Positions 48,101-56,888 of a stretch of DNA of 64,000 nt are shown one piece after another. The translations under genes were made by a program, and so were the position numbers. Every line of letters begins with the position of its first letter. Position 1 is the first letter of the stretch. This stretch comes from Planctomycetota bacterium. Lineage in GTDB: Bacteria > Planctomycetota > PLA2 > JAEUHO01. Where the stretch lies: the NCBI GenBank assembly GCA_965223505.1, contig CBDCWP010000044.1:64001-128000 (forward strand), given 5' to 3'. Below the pieces are notes generated by a model that saw nothing but the letters and a program-made list of their open reading frames with translations, was not told where the DNA came from and searched no databases.

Positions 48101-48203
48101 CTTCGAGGCGCTTTCGCGACACTTCGACCTCGAGAGCATGCAACGCAGCTACGACCTGGGCACCAACAAGGACCTGGACTTCAACCTGGATCGTACGGAG
48201 TAG
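45114..48203 (+). CDS. Membrane-anchored PpiD/SurA-N-like protein with internal GspG-like repeats and an acidic tract
   Basis: N-terminal TM; SurA_N-like A..AGYRVGEQQLR..V and ERIDLRYV; three D.W...Y/M...S(A/L)G.DG....DD(V/I) modules; GGAGG RBS. Confidence 0.65.
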   Translation: MAKIAKAMKKYERNFLIGLVVLLLATFSIGGAQTCAEQQGGVSDYQLGGTFKVSPSERMEISNEEYETRYREYRRLMSAIYSPSLAFGIPGQDREDPFKSTWAHILAYEAAKHAGYRVGEQQLRRAVKEVVSRRMGMEYSDVTHQRFLQQRFHGSPSDFQEALRQIVLKDSFVTPLVESARYQTTYADAFEEWKNERERIDLRYVALAAEPFADSVERVERTRATIEKQETRLRRLSAVAVEVRRYDNLIKSYFEKNEKYPADFAELLTAQGPGRATNTPVDGWGNDLRYTLENDTPDLRSAGPDGAFDTADDVTPQLQKRFETLKSLFNLADALQRSFKATEAWPEGTAALLEPPKPGQLAILKALPKDGWDRDIAYALKDGVPTLTALGEDGEAGGEDDITVTAVEEGAAVVSPGSFLAAHVIADTNDSWERPIRMRLRSAEPLSFRVWSAGPDGEDENDDDVDRGNGAEIRNFFSAPAVKAKFRLEPRRMMEALYVHLPLLSDEVFEKLWEAFPQHRPDDEEKLYAYWSDYRTGGIVYKAAMPGDAENGHGSELIQRLREEGELAEDAETYLVPKGEFLAAPLKPIEPKDDDGEGEDAGDDDGGDDEPGKQGGDDGDDGDGEEDDDEEPNPGDGEPQPGDEEAKPEESADAKLRKEYTENGWREIVIREEFMERLLNDLLVRCDKSAKAVAEWERKKNQPGGVGVLARPEEVTFETLLAGELSEFLVGAAEADKGLQSFRYWKTDKHLTREEVEAHPHLGHPNLSVMMSSRRGEGEYSPAAIQLHSRRTKALVRNLEHLPAEDPPLEDVYDGVFEEYLKKKRLDRAVEELKKLQELVGQKESEDADGGWDAALKAWGDRIAVPYVVESTGLFLGSSPPDPIEVDDDATDEASMATKRRNYVLRTGYSTVRPSASKQDTVEAAPGTFGRRILQDRPTAEGGTESAFLIRVADRRYPSKAELSPERYARFLVNKIFGGPENRSPRIRLGDMTGSYFEALSRHFDLESMQRSYDLGTNKDLDFNLDRTE

Positions 48204-48215
48204 TCGCGCGTTCCG

Positions 48216-48428
48216 TTACGGAACCGGATCGAGCCCTCCGCCGCCGCCCGGCCGGCAGCGCAACAACCTTCGTGTCGTGAGCCAGAGCCCGCGCACCACG
48301 CCGTGCTTGCGCACGGCGCCCATGGCGTACTCCGAACAGGTGGGCTCGAAGCGGCACGCCGCTGGCAGGAGCGGCGACAGCAGTCCCTTGTACAGACGCA
48401 GCACCAGCAGCACGCCGCTGCGAATCAT
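48216..48428 (-). CDS. yidD: Membrane protein insertion efficiency factor
   Basis: YK..LSP..CRFEPTCSEYAMGAV.KHG..RG.WL..RR LLRC.P...GG.DPVP. Confidence 0.92.
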   Translation of the reverse strand: MIRSGVLLVLRLYKGLLSPLLPAACRFEPTCSEYAMGAVRKHGVVRGLWLTTRRLLRCRPGGGGGLDPVP

Positions 48429-48793
48429 CGCGTCGCCCCACGGGCCCGCGGAGGTGCGGGACGCCGCCGCTTCACGGACGCGATGTCTTCACGTAGGCCG
48501 TCGAACGTCGGCTCGGCGAGCGACTTGCGCGGCGAGACCAGGAAATCGTACGGCCCCAGCTCGGACGCCAGGGCTCGGAACGCTTCGCGCACGAGCCGAC
48601 GAAAGCGGTTGCGGCGAACGGCGTTGCCGTATCGCCGCGGTGTCGAGATCCCCAGGCGCGGTCCGGCGCCCTCGTTGGGGAGCCGCCGCACGAGGCACTC
48701 GCGACCGGGGTAGACCTCGCCCCGCCGCAGCACCGCCTGATATTCGGTGCGTGTTCGTAGTCGCGCGGTTTTGGGGTAGCCCTGATCGGCCAT
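48425..48793 (-). CDS. rnpA: Ribonuclease P protein component
   Basis: YPKTARL, RLGISTPRRYGNAVRRNRFRRLVREAFR (RNR motif); start at ATG 48793. Confidence 0.92.
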   Translation of the reverse strand: MADQGYPKTARLRTRTEYQAVLRRGEVYPGRECLVRRLPNEGAGPRLGISTPRRYGNAVRRNRFRRLVREAFRALASELGPYDFLVSPRKSLAEPTFDGLREDIASVKRRRPAPPRARGATR

Positions 48794-48895
48794 GGAGGCA
48801 GACTCCCGGCGCTCCGGCTCCAGGCCGGGGCAGCCACTCCCGATCCTTATAGGATGGCTACCCGGTCGCGGCACGCTGCGACCGCCCCGAACGCC

Positions 48896-49525
48896 ATGCG
48901 AATCCTGCTGCCCCTCTCCGTGATCCTGATCGGCGCGGTCGTCGCGGCCTGCGCCGTGTCCCCGAATTCCGCGCCCAGGGCCGCGGCGCCGACGAACGTG
49001 GTGGACGCATCGCAGACCGCCGTCCACGGCGATCCCGTGGCGCGGCTCGCCAGTGCCGACTTCGTCGAGCGCTCGCGCGCGTCCGAGGTGTTGGTTCGGG
49101 CCGGAGCGTCGGCGCTTCCGGCGCTCGGCGCCGCCGGCGCGCAGCCGGTTACGGTTGCGGGCGGTTCACGGGTGAGCACGACGGAGCCCGTCGTGCGTGC
49201 GATCCTGGCCGAAGCCGACATGGACGTACTGGCGTCGCAGCTGCGTGCGCCGTGGCCCAACGTGCGCCGCGCGGCCGCGGAAGAGCTGGGGCTGCGCGGT
49301 AGCTGGGATCCGATCCCCGAGTTGATCGTACGACTCGAAGACGGCGACGCCGGTGTGCGCGCAGCCTCCGCCCAGTCGCTGCGACGTCTGACGAACAACT
49401 TCTTCGGCTTCAAGGCGCTCGCCGACAGCGCGTCACGCAAGGCCGCGACCGATCGGTGGGCCACGTGGTGGTCGTCCGAGGGCGTGAACGCCGAGCGCCG
49501 GACGGCCAGCACCTCGGGTCGCTGA
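48896..49525 (+). CDS. HEAT-repeat lipoprotein
   Basis: Lipobox VAA/C; VRRAAAEELG and LEDGDAGVRAASAQSL HEAT motifs. Confidence 0.75.
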   Translation: MRILLPLSVILIGAVVAACAVSPNSAPRAAAPTNVVDASQTAVHGDPVARLASADFVERSRASEVLVRAGASALPALGAAGAQPVTVAGGSRVSTTEPVVRAILAEADMDVLASQLRAPWPNVRRAAAEELGLRGSWDPIPELIVRLEDGDAGVRAASAQSLRRLTNNFFGFKALADSASRKAATDRWATWWSSEGVNAERRTASTSGR

Positions 49526-49562
49526 CGCGGATGCCGAGCGTGCGCGAGGTACGATCCCGCCC

Positions 49563-50672
49563 GTGAACCGGCGTTTCCTGTACTACGGCGAAGTGCTCTT
49601 GCGCCTCTTGCCCGAGGACGACTACGCGGTGCATCTCGAGGCTCTCGCGGAAGCGCTGCCGATCGAAGTGGCGGCGACGGACGCGTCGGGCCGGGTGATC
49701 GTCTGGAACGCGGCGCTCGCCGAAGCGGCCGGCTCGCGCGACGACGCCCTCGGACGTCCCCTCGTCGAGGCGCTGCCGTGGCTGCAAGACGACCCCAATG
49801 TCGACTGGGCCGCCGTCCTGCGCGACGTGCTCGCCGGCGGCGGGCCGCAGACGTTCGCGCGGCAGCCGCTCGGTCCGCGCGTCGTTCGCGCAACCATCGG
49901 CCCGATGCGCGGCGCGGGAACGCGGGTTCTGGGCGCCGTGCTCTCCCTCGAAGACATCACCCACGGTGCACGCGAGGAGGAGCGGCGGCGCATGCGCGAC
50001 CGCACCCACGCCGTTCACGATCTCGGCGCCGGGATCGCGCACGAGGTGCGCAATCCGCTGAACGCGCTCTCGCTCAACCTACAGCTGCTGCGGGAGCGGC
50101 TCAGTGATCCCAACGAGAGCCGCGAGAGCGTCCTGGCGCGCGTCGAGAAGATGATCGCCGAGACGGGCCGCATGGAGACGCTCATCGGTCACCTGCTCGA
50201 GGTGAGCCGCGGCGGCGCGCTGGAACGCACGCCGGAACGGGTCGATCCGCTGGTCACCGGCGTGCTCGAGCGGCTCGAGGGCACGGCGCGGGCGGCCGGA
50301 TGCAGCCTGCACTTCGAGGGGCACTCGGATCGCACCTTGCCCGTGGATCGCGTCCGGATCGAGCGGGCGCTGCACAACCTCGTGCGCAACGCCATCGAGG
50401 CGTCGGCGGAAGGCGGACGCCATGTCTGGATCACCACGCGCGACGATCCCCACAGCACGGTCGTCGTGATCGACGACGACGGCCCGGGCATCCGGCCGGA
50501 AGACCGCTCGCAGGTCTTCGTGCTGTACACGACCGGAAAGCGCAGCGGCACCGGGCTCGGCTTGCCGCTCGCACGCGAGGACGTCATTCGACACGGCGGT
50601 GAGATCGAAGTGCTTTCCCGGCCCGGCGGCGGCGCGCGGTTCGTCGTCCACCTGCCGTTGGGGACCGACTAG
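49563..50672 (+). CDS. Cytoplasmic PAS-domain histidine kinase
   Basis: PAS (TDASGRVIVWN), H-box IAHEVRNPLN, NLVRNAIEA, DDGPGI and GTGLGL; no TM seen. Confidence 0.92.
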   Translation: MNRRFLYYGEVLLRLLPEDDYAVHLEALAEALPIEVAATDASGRVIVWNAALAEAAGSRDDALGRPLVEALPWLQDDPNVDWAAVLRDVLAGGGPQTFARQPLGPRVVRATIGPMRGAGTRVLGAVLSLEDITHGAREEERRRMRDRTHAVHDLGAGIAHEVRNPLNALSLNLQLLRERLSDPNESRESVLARVEKMIAETGRMETLIGHLLEVSRGGALERTPERVDPLVTGVLERLEGTARAAGCSLHFEGHSDRTLPVDRVRIERALHNLVRNAIEASAEGGRHVWITTRDDPHSTVVVIDDDGPGIRPEDRSQVFVLYTTGKRSGTGLGLPLAREDVIRHGGEIEVLSRPGGGARFVVHLPLGTD

Positions 50673-52055
50673 ATGGCTCGACTCCTCATCGTCGAAGACG
50701 AGAAGCACGCCCGCGAGGCGCTCGGCGAGGTCTTCGCGGACGAACACGACGTCCGGCTCGTCGAGGACGTGGACGGCGCGCTGCAGGCGCTCGAGCAGCA
50801 CGTCCCGGACTTGATCCTCACGGACGTCGTCCTGCCGGGCGACCGGGACGGTCTCGACCTGCTCCGCGAGGTCAAGCGAGCGTATCCCGGCACGCCGGTC
50901 ATCGTCATGACCGCCTACGGGAGCGTCGAGAAGGCGGTGCGCGCCATGCGCGACGGCGCACACGACTTCCTCGAGAAGCCCTTGGACCTGTCCCGCCTGC
51001 GCAACCTCGTCGCGTCGACCCTGCGTGTACCTCAGGAGGCGCCGCACAGCGAGGCGTACCGCCGGGATCTCTCGAGGGCAGGCGTGCCGGACGGCTTCAT
51101 CGGGTCGGCCCCGGCGATCCTGGATCTGTTCGAGCTCGTCTCGAAGGCCGCGCCGACGAACGCCACGGTCCTGATCCTGGGGGAGTCCGGCACGGGCAAG
51201 GAGCTGGTGGCCGAGGCCATTCACAAGGCCAGCAGCCGCGCGCGCGGACCGTTCATCAAGGTCAACTGCGCGGCATTGCCGGAGGGACTGCTCGAAAGCG
51301 AGCTGTTCGGACACGTCAAGGGCGCGTTCACCGGGGCGGTGAGCGACCGTGCCGGACGCTTCGAAGCCGCGAGCGGCGGGACCCTGTTCCTGGACGAGGT
51401 CGGCGAAATCCCGTTGCACACCCAGGTGAAGCTCTTGCGTGTGCTGCAGAACCGAGAGGTGGAGCGTGTCGGTGACAACCGTTCCCAGCCGGTGGACGTG
51501 CGACTCGTCGCGGCGACGAACGCCGACCTCGACCAGCGCGTTCGCACCGGGGCGTTTCGCGACGACTTCTACTTCCGTTTGAAGGTCGTGACCTTGCGCA
51601 TGCCCGCGCTGCGCGAGCGGCGCGGCGACATCCCGGCGCTGGCCGAGCACTTCCGCGCGTTGTACGGCGAGCGGCACGGCCGCGATGTCGCGTCGATCTC
51701 ATCCGATGCGATGGAGGTGCTTCGCAGTCACGACTGGCCGGGCAACGTGCGCGAGCTCGAAAACGTGATCGAGGCCGCCGTCGTGCTCACGGAGGGCGCG
51801 GAGATCACACCCGACGTCCTGCCGGTGGAGGTCGGCGGTGCGCAGCGCGTCGAGGATCTTCCGGACGGCGACGTCATTCGCATTCGGGCCGGTACGTCCC
51901 TGCCGGATGCCGAGAAGACGATCATCCTCGATACGCTCGAACGAACCGGCGGAAACAAGACAGCGGCGGCGCGCATCCTCGGGATCGGCCTGCGCACGCT
52001 GTACCGCAAGCTGGAACAGTACGAGGCGGACGGCGAGCGTTCCGCCGCGCCGTAG
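50673..52055 (+). CDS. NtrC-family sigma54 response regulator
   Basis: REC (VEDE, TDV, MTAYG, FLEKP), [22 protein letters not shown] and Fis-type HTH. Confidence 0.94.
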   Translation: MARLLIVEDEKHAREALGEVFADEHDVRLVEDVDGALQALEQHVPDLILTDVVLPGDRDGLDLLREVKRAYPGTPVIVMTAYGSVEKAVRAMRDGAHDFLEKPLDLSRLRNLVASTLRVPQEAPHSEAYRRDLSRAGVPDGFIGSAPAILDLFELVSKAAPTNATVLILGESGTGKELVAEAIHKASSRARGPFIKVNCAALPEGLLESELFGHVKGAFTGAVSDRAGRFEAASGGTLFLDEVGEIPLHTQVKLLRVLQNREVERVGDNRSQPVDVRLVAATNADLDQRVRTGAFRDDFYFRLKVVTLRMPALRERRGDIPALAEHFRALYGERHGRDVASISSDAMEVLRSHDWPGNVRELENVIEAAVVLTEGAEITPDVLPVEVGGAQRVEDLPDGDVIRIRAGTSLPDAEKTIILDTLERTGGNKTAAARILGIGLRTLYRKLEQYEADGERSAAP

Positions 52056-52154
52056 GTCCACAGTTTGCGCAAGCGCGCGATGTAGCCTGTGTTCATGCAA
52101 CATGCGGGCTCAGCGCAACCGTGAGGTTCGCGGCGCGTGTTCGAGGAGATCGTG

Positions 52155-53138
52155 ATGCGTACCGCAATCGCACTGCTTTGCGTCTTCGCGTTGGGTTGGA
52201 CGGCCTCTCGATGGCACGACCCGGCGCCGGCGTCGGCCGCGGGTCCCGGGGACTTCAGCGACGTCATCGAGACGGCGGGACCGTCGATCGTGCACGTCAC
52301 CAACCGCCTGAAGCGCGGCGCCATGCCCAAGTCGCGCGACGACGCCGTCGGCGCCGGATTCCTGGTCTCCGCCGACGGGTTGATCGTCACCAGCCGGCAC
52401 GTGCTGAGCGGGGCGGACGTGGTCGTCGTTGGGGTCCCGGGGCGGGGCGTTCACCGCGCCGAGGTGCTCGGTGTCGATGACGCCACGGACATCGCGCTTT
52501 TGCGCGTCCCGGTTCGCGGGTGTCGTCCGCTGCCCGTCGGCCGGCCGGCTTCGCTGCGCCTCGGGCAGTGGGTGCTCGCCGCAGGGAGTCCCTACCGCCT
52601 GGCGCACTCCTGGTCCGCAGGCATCGTCAGCGGTCTGCATCGCAAGGGCATCGGCGTCAACCCGCGCGGCTACGAGAGTTACATCCAGACCGACGCCGCA
52701 GCGCACCTCGGCAACTCCGGCGGACCGTTGCTCGACATGAGCGGCAGCGTGGTCGGCGTGGTCACGGCGACGTTCTCCGGAAAGGGCGGCTATCAGGGCA
52801 TCACGTTGGCCATACCGATCGACGTCGTCATGCAGACGGTCCGGCGCATGCAGGGCGGCGGCGGGACGCCGCCGACGCTGGGGTTGCGCGGACGCGACGT
52901 CACGATCGCCGGACGGGCCGGCCTCCAGATCACGGGATTCGATCCCGGCTCGCCCGCGGCCCGTGCCGGACTCGCGGTCGGCGATCTCATCGTCGCCTTC
53001 GAGGGGAAGCCGATTGGATCAGCCGCCGAGCTTCGCCGTGCCGTGGGGATGCTCGAGCGCGGCGCGCGTGTGACGATCAGGTATCGACGTCCGCCGACTT
53101 CGACGAAGTCGACGGACGTTCAGGTCACGCTCAGGTAG
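52155..53138 (+). CDS. HtrA/DegQ-type trypsin-like serine protease with PDZ domain
   Basis: VTSRHV, TDIALL, IQTDAA.HLGNSGGPL; PDZ GSPAARAGL.VGDLI. Confidence 0.92.
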   Translation: MRTAIALLCVFALGWTASRWHDPAPASAAGPGDFSDVIETAGPSIVHVTNRLKRGAMPKSRDDAVGAGFLVSADGLIVTSRHVLSGADVVVVGVPGRGVHRAEVLGVDDATDIALLRVPVRGCRPLPVGRPASLRLGQWVLAAGSPYRLAHSWSAGIVSGLHRKGIGVNPRGYESYIQTDAAAHLGNSGGPLLDMSGSVVGVVTATFSGKGGYQGITLAIPIDVVMQTVRRMQGGGGTPPTLGLRGRDVTIAGRAGLQITGFDPGSPAARAGLAVGDLIVAFEGKPIGSAAELRRAVGMLERGARVTIRYRRPPTSTKSTDVQVTLR

Positions 53139-53198
53139 CCGCAGCACGACTTGCACGCGTAGCGAGAGCGTCGCTCAGCGCAGCAAGAGCATCGCGGG

Positions 53199-53807
53199 CT
53201 AGTAGCGACGGAGAATGCCGCGAACCACGCCGCGGATGTCGAGCTGCTGCGGCGGACGCACGTAGATCGGCTCCATCGCGCTGTTGCTCGGCTGCAGACG
53301 CATGGTCTGCCCGTCCGCTTCGCGATAGAGACGCTTCAACGTCGCTTCGCCGTCGACGATCGCCACGACGATGTCGCCGTCGCGCGCCTGCAGCGTGCTG
53401 TCGACCATGACGAGGTCGCCGTCGGCGATGTGATCCTCGATCATGCTCTGACCCACGACCCGCAGGAGATACGACTCGCGACCGGGCTCGATCGGCAGGA
53501 GCTCGTCCAGCGTGTAGATCTCGGGGTCTTCGACCGCCTCGATGGGGCGGCCGGCCGCGATGCGACCCAGCACCTTGACCGTCGGATCGGGCAGGTAGTC
53601 CCGATCGAGGATCTCGATGGAGCGCGAGCGCTGCGGCAGTTTGCGGATGGCGCCCTTCTTCACGAGCGCCGCAACGTGCTGATGCACGGTGACCCGGTGT
53701 ACCCCCAGCGAGTTCCCAATCTCCTCCAGTGTCGGAGAAGTGTTGTTCTGCTGACGGTAGTCCCGGATGAAGCTCATGATTTGGAGCTGCTTCGGTGTGT
53801 AGTTCAT
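53199..53807 (-). CDS. lexA: SOS repressor LexA
   Basis: TPKQ...PTLEEIG wHTH, IAAG cleavage site, GQSM catalytic Ser, ATLKR catalytic Lys; start at ATG 53807. Confidence 0.93.
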   Translation of the reverse strand: MNYTPKQLQIMSFIRDYRQQNNTSPTLEEIGNSLGVHRVTVHQHVAALVKKGAIRKLPQRSRSIEILDRDYLPDPTVKVLGRIAAGRPIEAVEDPEIYTLDELLPIEPGRESYLLRVVGQSMIEDHIADGDLVMVDSTLQARDGDIVVAIVDGEATLKRLYREADGQTMRLQPSNSAMEPIYVRPPQQLDIRGVVRGILRRY

Positions 53808-54008
53808 GTCCGGTCCCTCCCAACGGTCTGGATCGGTCGCACCCGCGAATCCCTTTGGGCATTGTTCTGTTGGAACCGCGTAAGGAGCACGTGGGGCGAT
53901 CCGGAGGGGGTGAAGTGATTGGGCGAACAACGTCCTATCGGCATTTGCAGGGTTGGATACCTCCAGAATCCGGGTCCTTTACATTTCGTCCTCGAAATCG
54001 ACCACTCG

Positions 54009-54233
54009 TCAGGCGCAGAGGGCCAATAACAGGGCTGTGGCGAGACCCGCCGCCGCCACGGCCTCGGCGAGCCGACCTCCTCCGTCGCGGGACGGAACGG
54101 AGGCAACGGACCCGGCCTGCGGGAAGGGTCGTCCGTACGGTCCGGGATCCGCTGCCTCCTGAACGAAGCGCCGCGCGCGCGAATCGCGCTTCGTTGCGAG
54201 GGCTCGGAGGATGTCGGGCTGGGTGAGTTCCAT
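54009..54233 (-). CDS. Small hypothetical protein with C-terminal hydrophobic helix, upstream of lexA
   Basis: 74 aa; AGGA RBS; AT-rich promoter-like region directly upstream; C-terminus AVAAAGLATALLLALCA. Confidence 0.45.
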   Translation of the reverse strand: MELTQPDILRALATKRDSRARRFVQEAADPGPYGRPFPQAGSVASVPSRDGGGRLAEAVAAAGLATALLLALCA

Positions 54234-54514
54234 ACGTTCATCCTAACCTAACGAGACACGTACACAAGATATTTGTTCGTATTTGCGTAGCGTCGATTTG
54301 AGCATCTTCGTTCCCAAGATCGTCCCGCTGTCTGCCTCGACCCCTCTCCCTCCCTCTCCCGCCCCCGCTCCCTCCGGCGCCCCCGCTCCCTCTCCGGCCA
54401 CGCTCCCGCTCCCGCTCCTGCATCCAAAAGAAGAGCGCCGGCGATTCGTGATTCCTCGTGACGTGTGCTTCACCATTCGCATCTAGCCTTCGCCGCTCGC
54501 GTGGGAGATCAGAC

Positions 54515-56818
54515 ATGGTTCGACGCACGGCGCTGTGGATGCTCCTGCCGCTGTTGGCGGCCTGCAGCGTGCGCCTGCCGCTTCCCGAGCGCCTGGGCGG
54601 CAGCGCGGGCCGCGCTCCGCTCTGGCCGGCCGCGGGCGCACCGATCCCGCCGTTGGTCCAGGAAGCGCGCACGGACGTGCGTGAGCACCGTCGCGGCGAG
54701 GCGCGCCGCAAGCTCGAGGAGGCCGGCGGCCTGGACCCGGCCCATCCCGAGCGCAGCTGGCTGCTCACGGCGCTTTGGACCGAGGACTGCGGTACGGCCC
54801 ACGCACGAAGCGAGACCGCGAAACTCCCCGCCGGGCCGTTCACCGCGGCCCTGCGCGCGCTCGCCGCCGAAGATCCCGCGCAAGCCCTCGACGACCTGCG
54901 GCCGTACCACCCGTGCGCCTGCCCCTGGGTGCACCTGGCGGCCGGCATCAACCACGGACGTCTGGGCGACACGAAGCGCGCGCTGTCGTCGGGACGCTTT
55001 GCCCTGCGCGGTGCGCCGGACCTGGTCCGCATGGAGGCGCACATGACGCGCGCGCGCGCACACCTTGCGGAGGGACGCGTGGAGGCGGCGGCGCGCTCGG
55101 CCGAGCTCGCCGACGTCCAGGGCGCCGATGCGCGCGTACCCGCGTTGCGTGCGCAGATCGCGCGCGCCACGGGGGCGCTGGACGAGGCAGCGGCGCATCT
55201 GCTCGACGCGATCGAGCGAGCGCCCGGCTCCGAGGTCCTTCCGCGTCGGCTCGCCGATCTGCTCCGGGATCGCGATGTAACGCTCGACTGGGAGGAGATG
55301 GAGCGCCGCTTCGCCGGGGCTGCGTCTACGAATCCCGAGCGGATCGCCTTGCGGGGCTGGATCGCCGGCAAGACCGGGCGGCGCAGCGATGCGATCTCGC
55401 ACTACCGCAGCGCGATCGAGCACAAGGCGGTGCCCGTACCCATCGATCGCGACCTGCGACGCGTTCTCTTCGAGGACGGCAGGTACGCCGAGGGGATCGA
55501 TCTGCTGCGTGCAGCCGTGCCGCCGGACGTGCTCAACGACCGCCGCAATCTGCGGAAGCCGCACTGGGACGCACTCTGGAACGCCGCTGCGGACGCCGAG
55601 GACGTTCGCGCTCCCGACGCCGCACGCGCCGCACTCGGCAAGGCGCTCGTCGGCGTGGGCGCGCTGCCGGAGGCGCTCTCCGTGCTGGCCGAGGTCGACA
55701 GTGACGACGCGCGCTCGCTCGCTGCGCGGGTCCAGGGGCATGTGGACTTCGAGAACGCGCTGCGCGAGATGATGGAAGCCGAGTACCGGGTCGGCATTCG
55801 ACAAGACGAGCCGGCGTCCTTCGAACAGGTCCTTCGACGCATCGCCGCGCTTGCCCGAACGCACGTCGCACCCGAGGACCGCGCCGCCTTCCGCAACCCG
55901 GCGCGCGGACTCAAGTCGTTCCCCTTCGTCGGTACGTGGCTCGATCACCACACCCACACGTCGAGCCCCGTCGTCGCGCACTTTCGCAAGTACGGACGAT
56001 TCGCGATGCTCGGTCAGCGTAGCGGCAGCCCGTCCGAAGCGATCGTCATGTCGATGGCGTCGCTCACCTGTCTGGAGCCGCTGCAGACGGCCGGCGGCAC
56101 CGTGCCGCACGACGTCGCGATCGGGTACGACCGAACGTTGCAGGGGTTCACGGGCGCCCAGGGCGGCGAGATCGGCGGCGCGTGCCTCGCGGACGGCATC
56201 TGGCTCGACGCGGACTCGGCGCGCATGGTCGAGTACGAGATTCGGCGCGCGCTCGAACGCGACGAGCACTTGCTGGCGACCGCCAACCGCGTCCGCCCGC
56301 CGCTCGCCAACACGATCGACGGACCGTTCGCGATGGGGGACGAAGGGTGCGCCGTCGTGCGTCTCATTGCCCGCTACGTGGAGCGTCGCAAGGACTCGGT
56401 GTGGGGCAGCTTCGGGACGCTCCGCGCCCACGAGTTCGGACACGCGCTCGACATCCACCGGCACCTGCCCGTCTTGCAGGGGCTGCCCGCGAGCCTCGCG
56501 CTGCTGTTCCGCAACGGGCTGTCGCCGACCAAGATCGAGATGGAGCTCGAGGAGCGCGCGCAGCTGACCGCGTGTGTCTTCGCGCCGGATCCGGACCTCG
56601 CGCTGGCCGAGATGCTGCTCGCGTTTCCCGTGACCGAGCGCGTCCCCGAGGTGCACGCCGGCGGGTACCGCGACGGCGTCGCGCGGATCTGCCGGCACGT
56701 CTACGCGCGGCCCGATCTCTACCCGCAGATCGACCGCTCGCGCCGCATCGTGGCGCAGCTCGACCAACTCACGAACGAGCAGATCCGCAGGGCGGCCCGC
56801 GCCGCGCTGCGCCGGTAG
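54515..56818 (+). CDS. TPR-like lipoprotein with C-terminal HExxH metallopeptidase motif
   Basis: Lipobox LAA/C; TPR-like repeats; RAHEFGH followed by EMELEERA. Confidence 0.7.
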   Translation: MVRRTALWMLLPLLAACSVRLPLPERLGGSAGRAPLWPAAGAPIPPLVQEARTDVREHRRGEARRKLEEAGGLDPAHPERSWLLTALWTEDCGTAHARSETAKLPAGPFTAALRALAAEDPAQALDDLRPYHPCACPWVHLAAGINHGRLGDTKRALSSGRFALRGAPDLVRMEAHMTRARAHLAEGRVEAAARSAELADVQGADARVPALRAQIARATGALDEAAAHLLDAIERAPGSEVLPRRLADLLRDRDVTLDWEEMERRFAGAASTNPERIALRGWIAGKTGRRSDAISHYRSAIEHKAVPVPIDRDLRRVLFEDGRYAEGIDLLRAAVPPDVLNDRRNLRKPHWDALWNAAADAEDVRAPDAARAALGKALVGVGALPEALSVLAEVDSDDARSLAARVQGHVDFENALREMMEAEYRVGIRQDEPASFEQVLRRIAALARTHVAPEDRAAFRNPARGLKSFPFVGTWLDHHTHTSSPVVAHFRKYGRFAMLGQRSGSPSEAIVMSMASLTCLEPLQTAGGTVPHDVAIGYDRTLQGFTGAQGGEIGGACLADGIWLDADSARMVEYEIRRALERDEHLLATANRVRPPLANTIDGPFAMGDEGCAVVRLIARYVERRKDSVWGSFGTLRAHEFGHALDIHRHLPVLQGLPASLALLFRNGLSPTKIEMELEERAQLTACVFAPDPDLALAEMLLAFPVTERVPEVHAGGYRDGVARICRHVYARPDLYPQIDRSRRIVAQLDQLTNEQIRRAARAALRR

Positions 56819-56888
56819 GGTGGGGCCGCCCGGGGCGCGCGACGACTCGGTCCGTCGCTCCCCGCCGCGGAGGTGGTACGCTCGATCC

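Noticed and set aside
49563..52055. Naming the two-component pair PilS/PilR
   Set aside because: The kinase has no TM helices, unlike PilS; the NtrC family assignment alone does not give the orthology.
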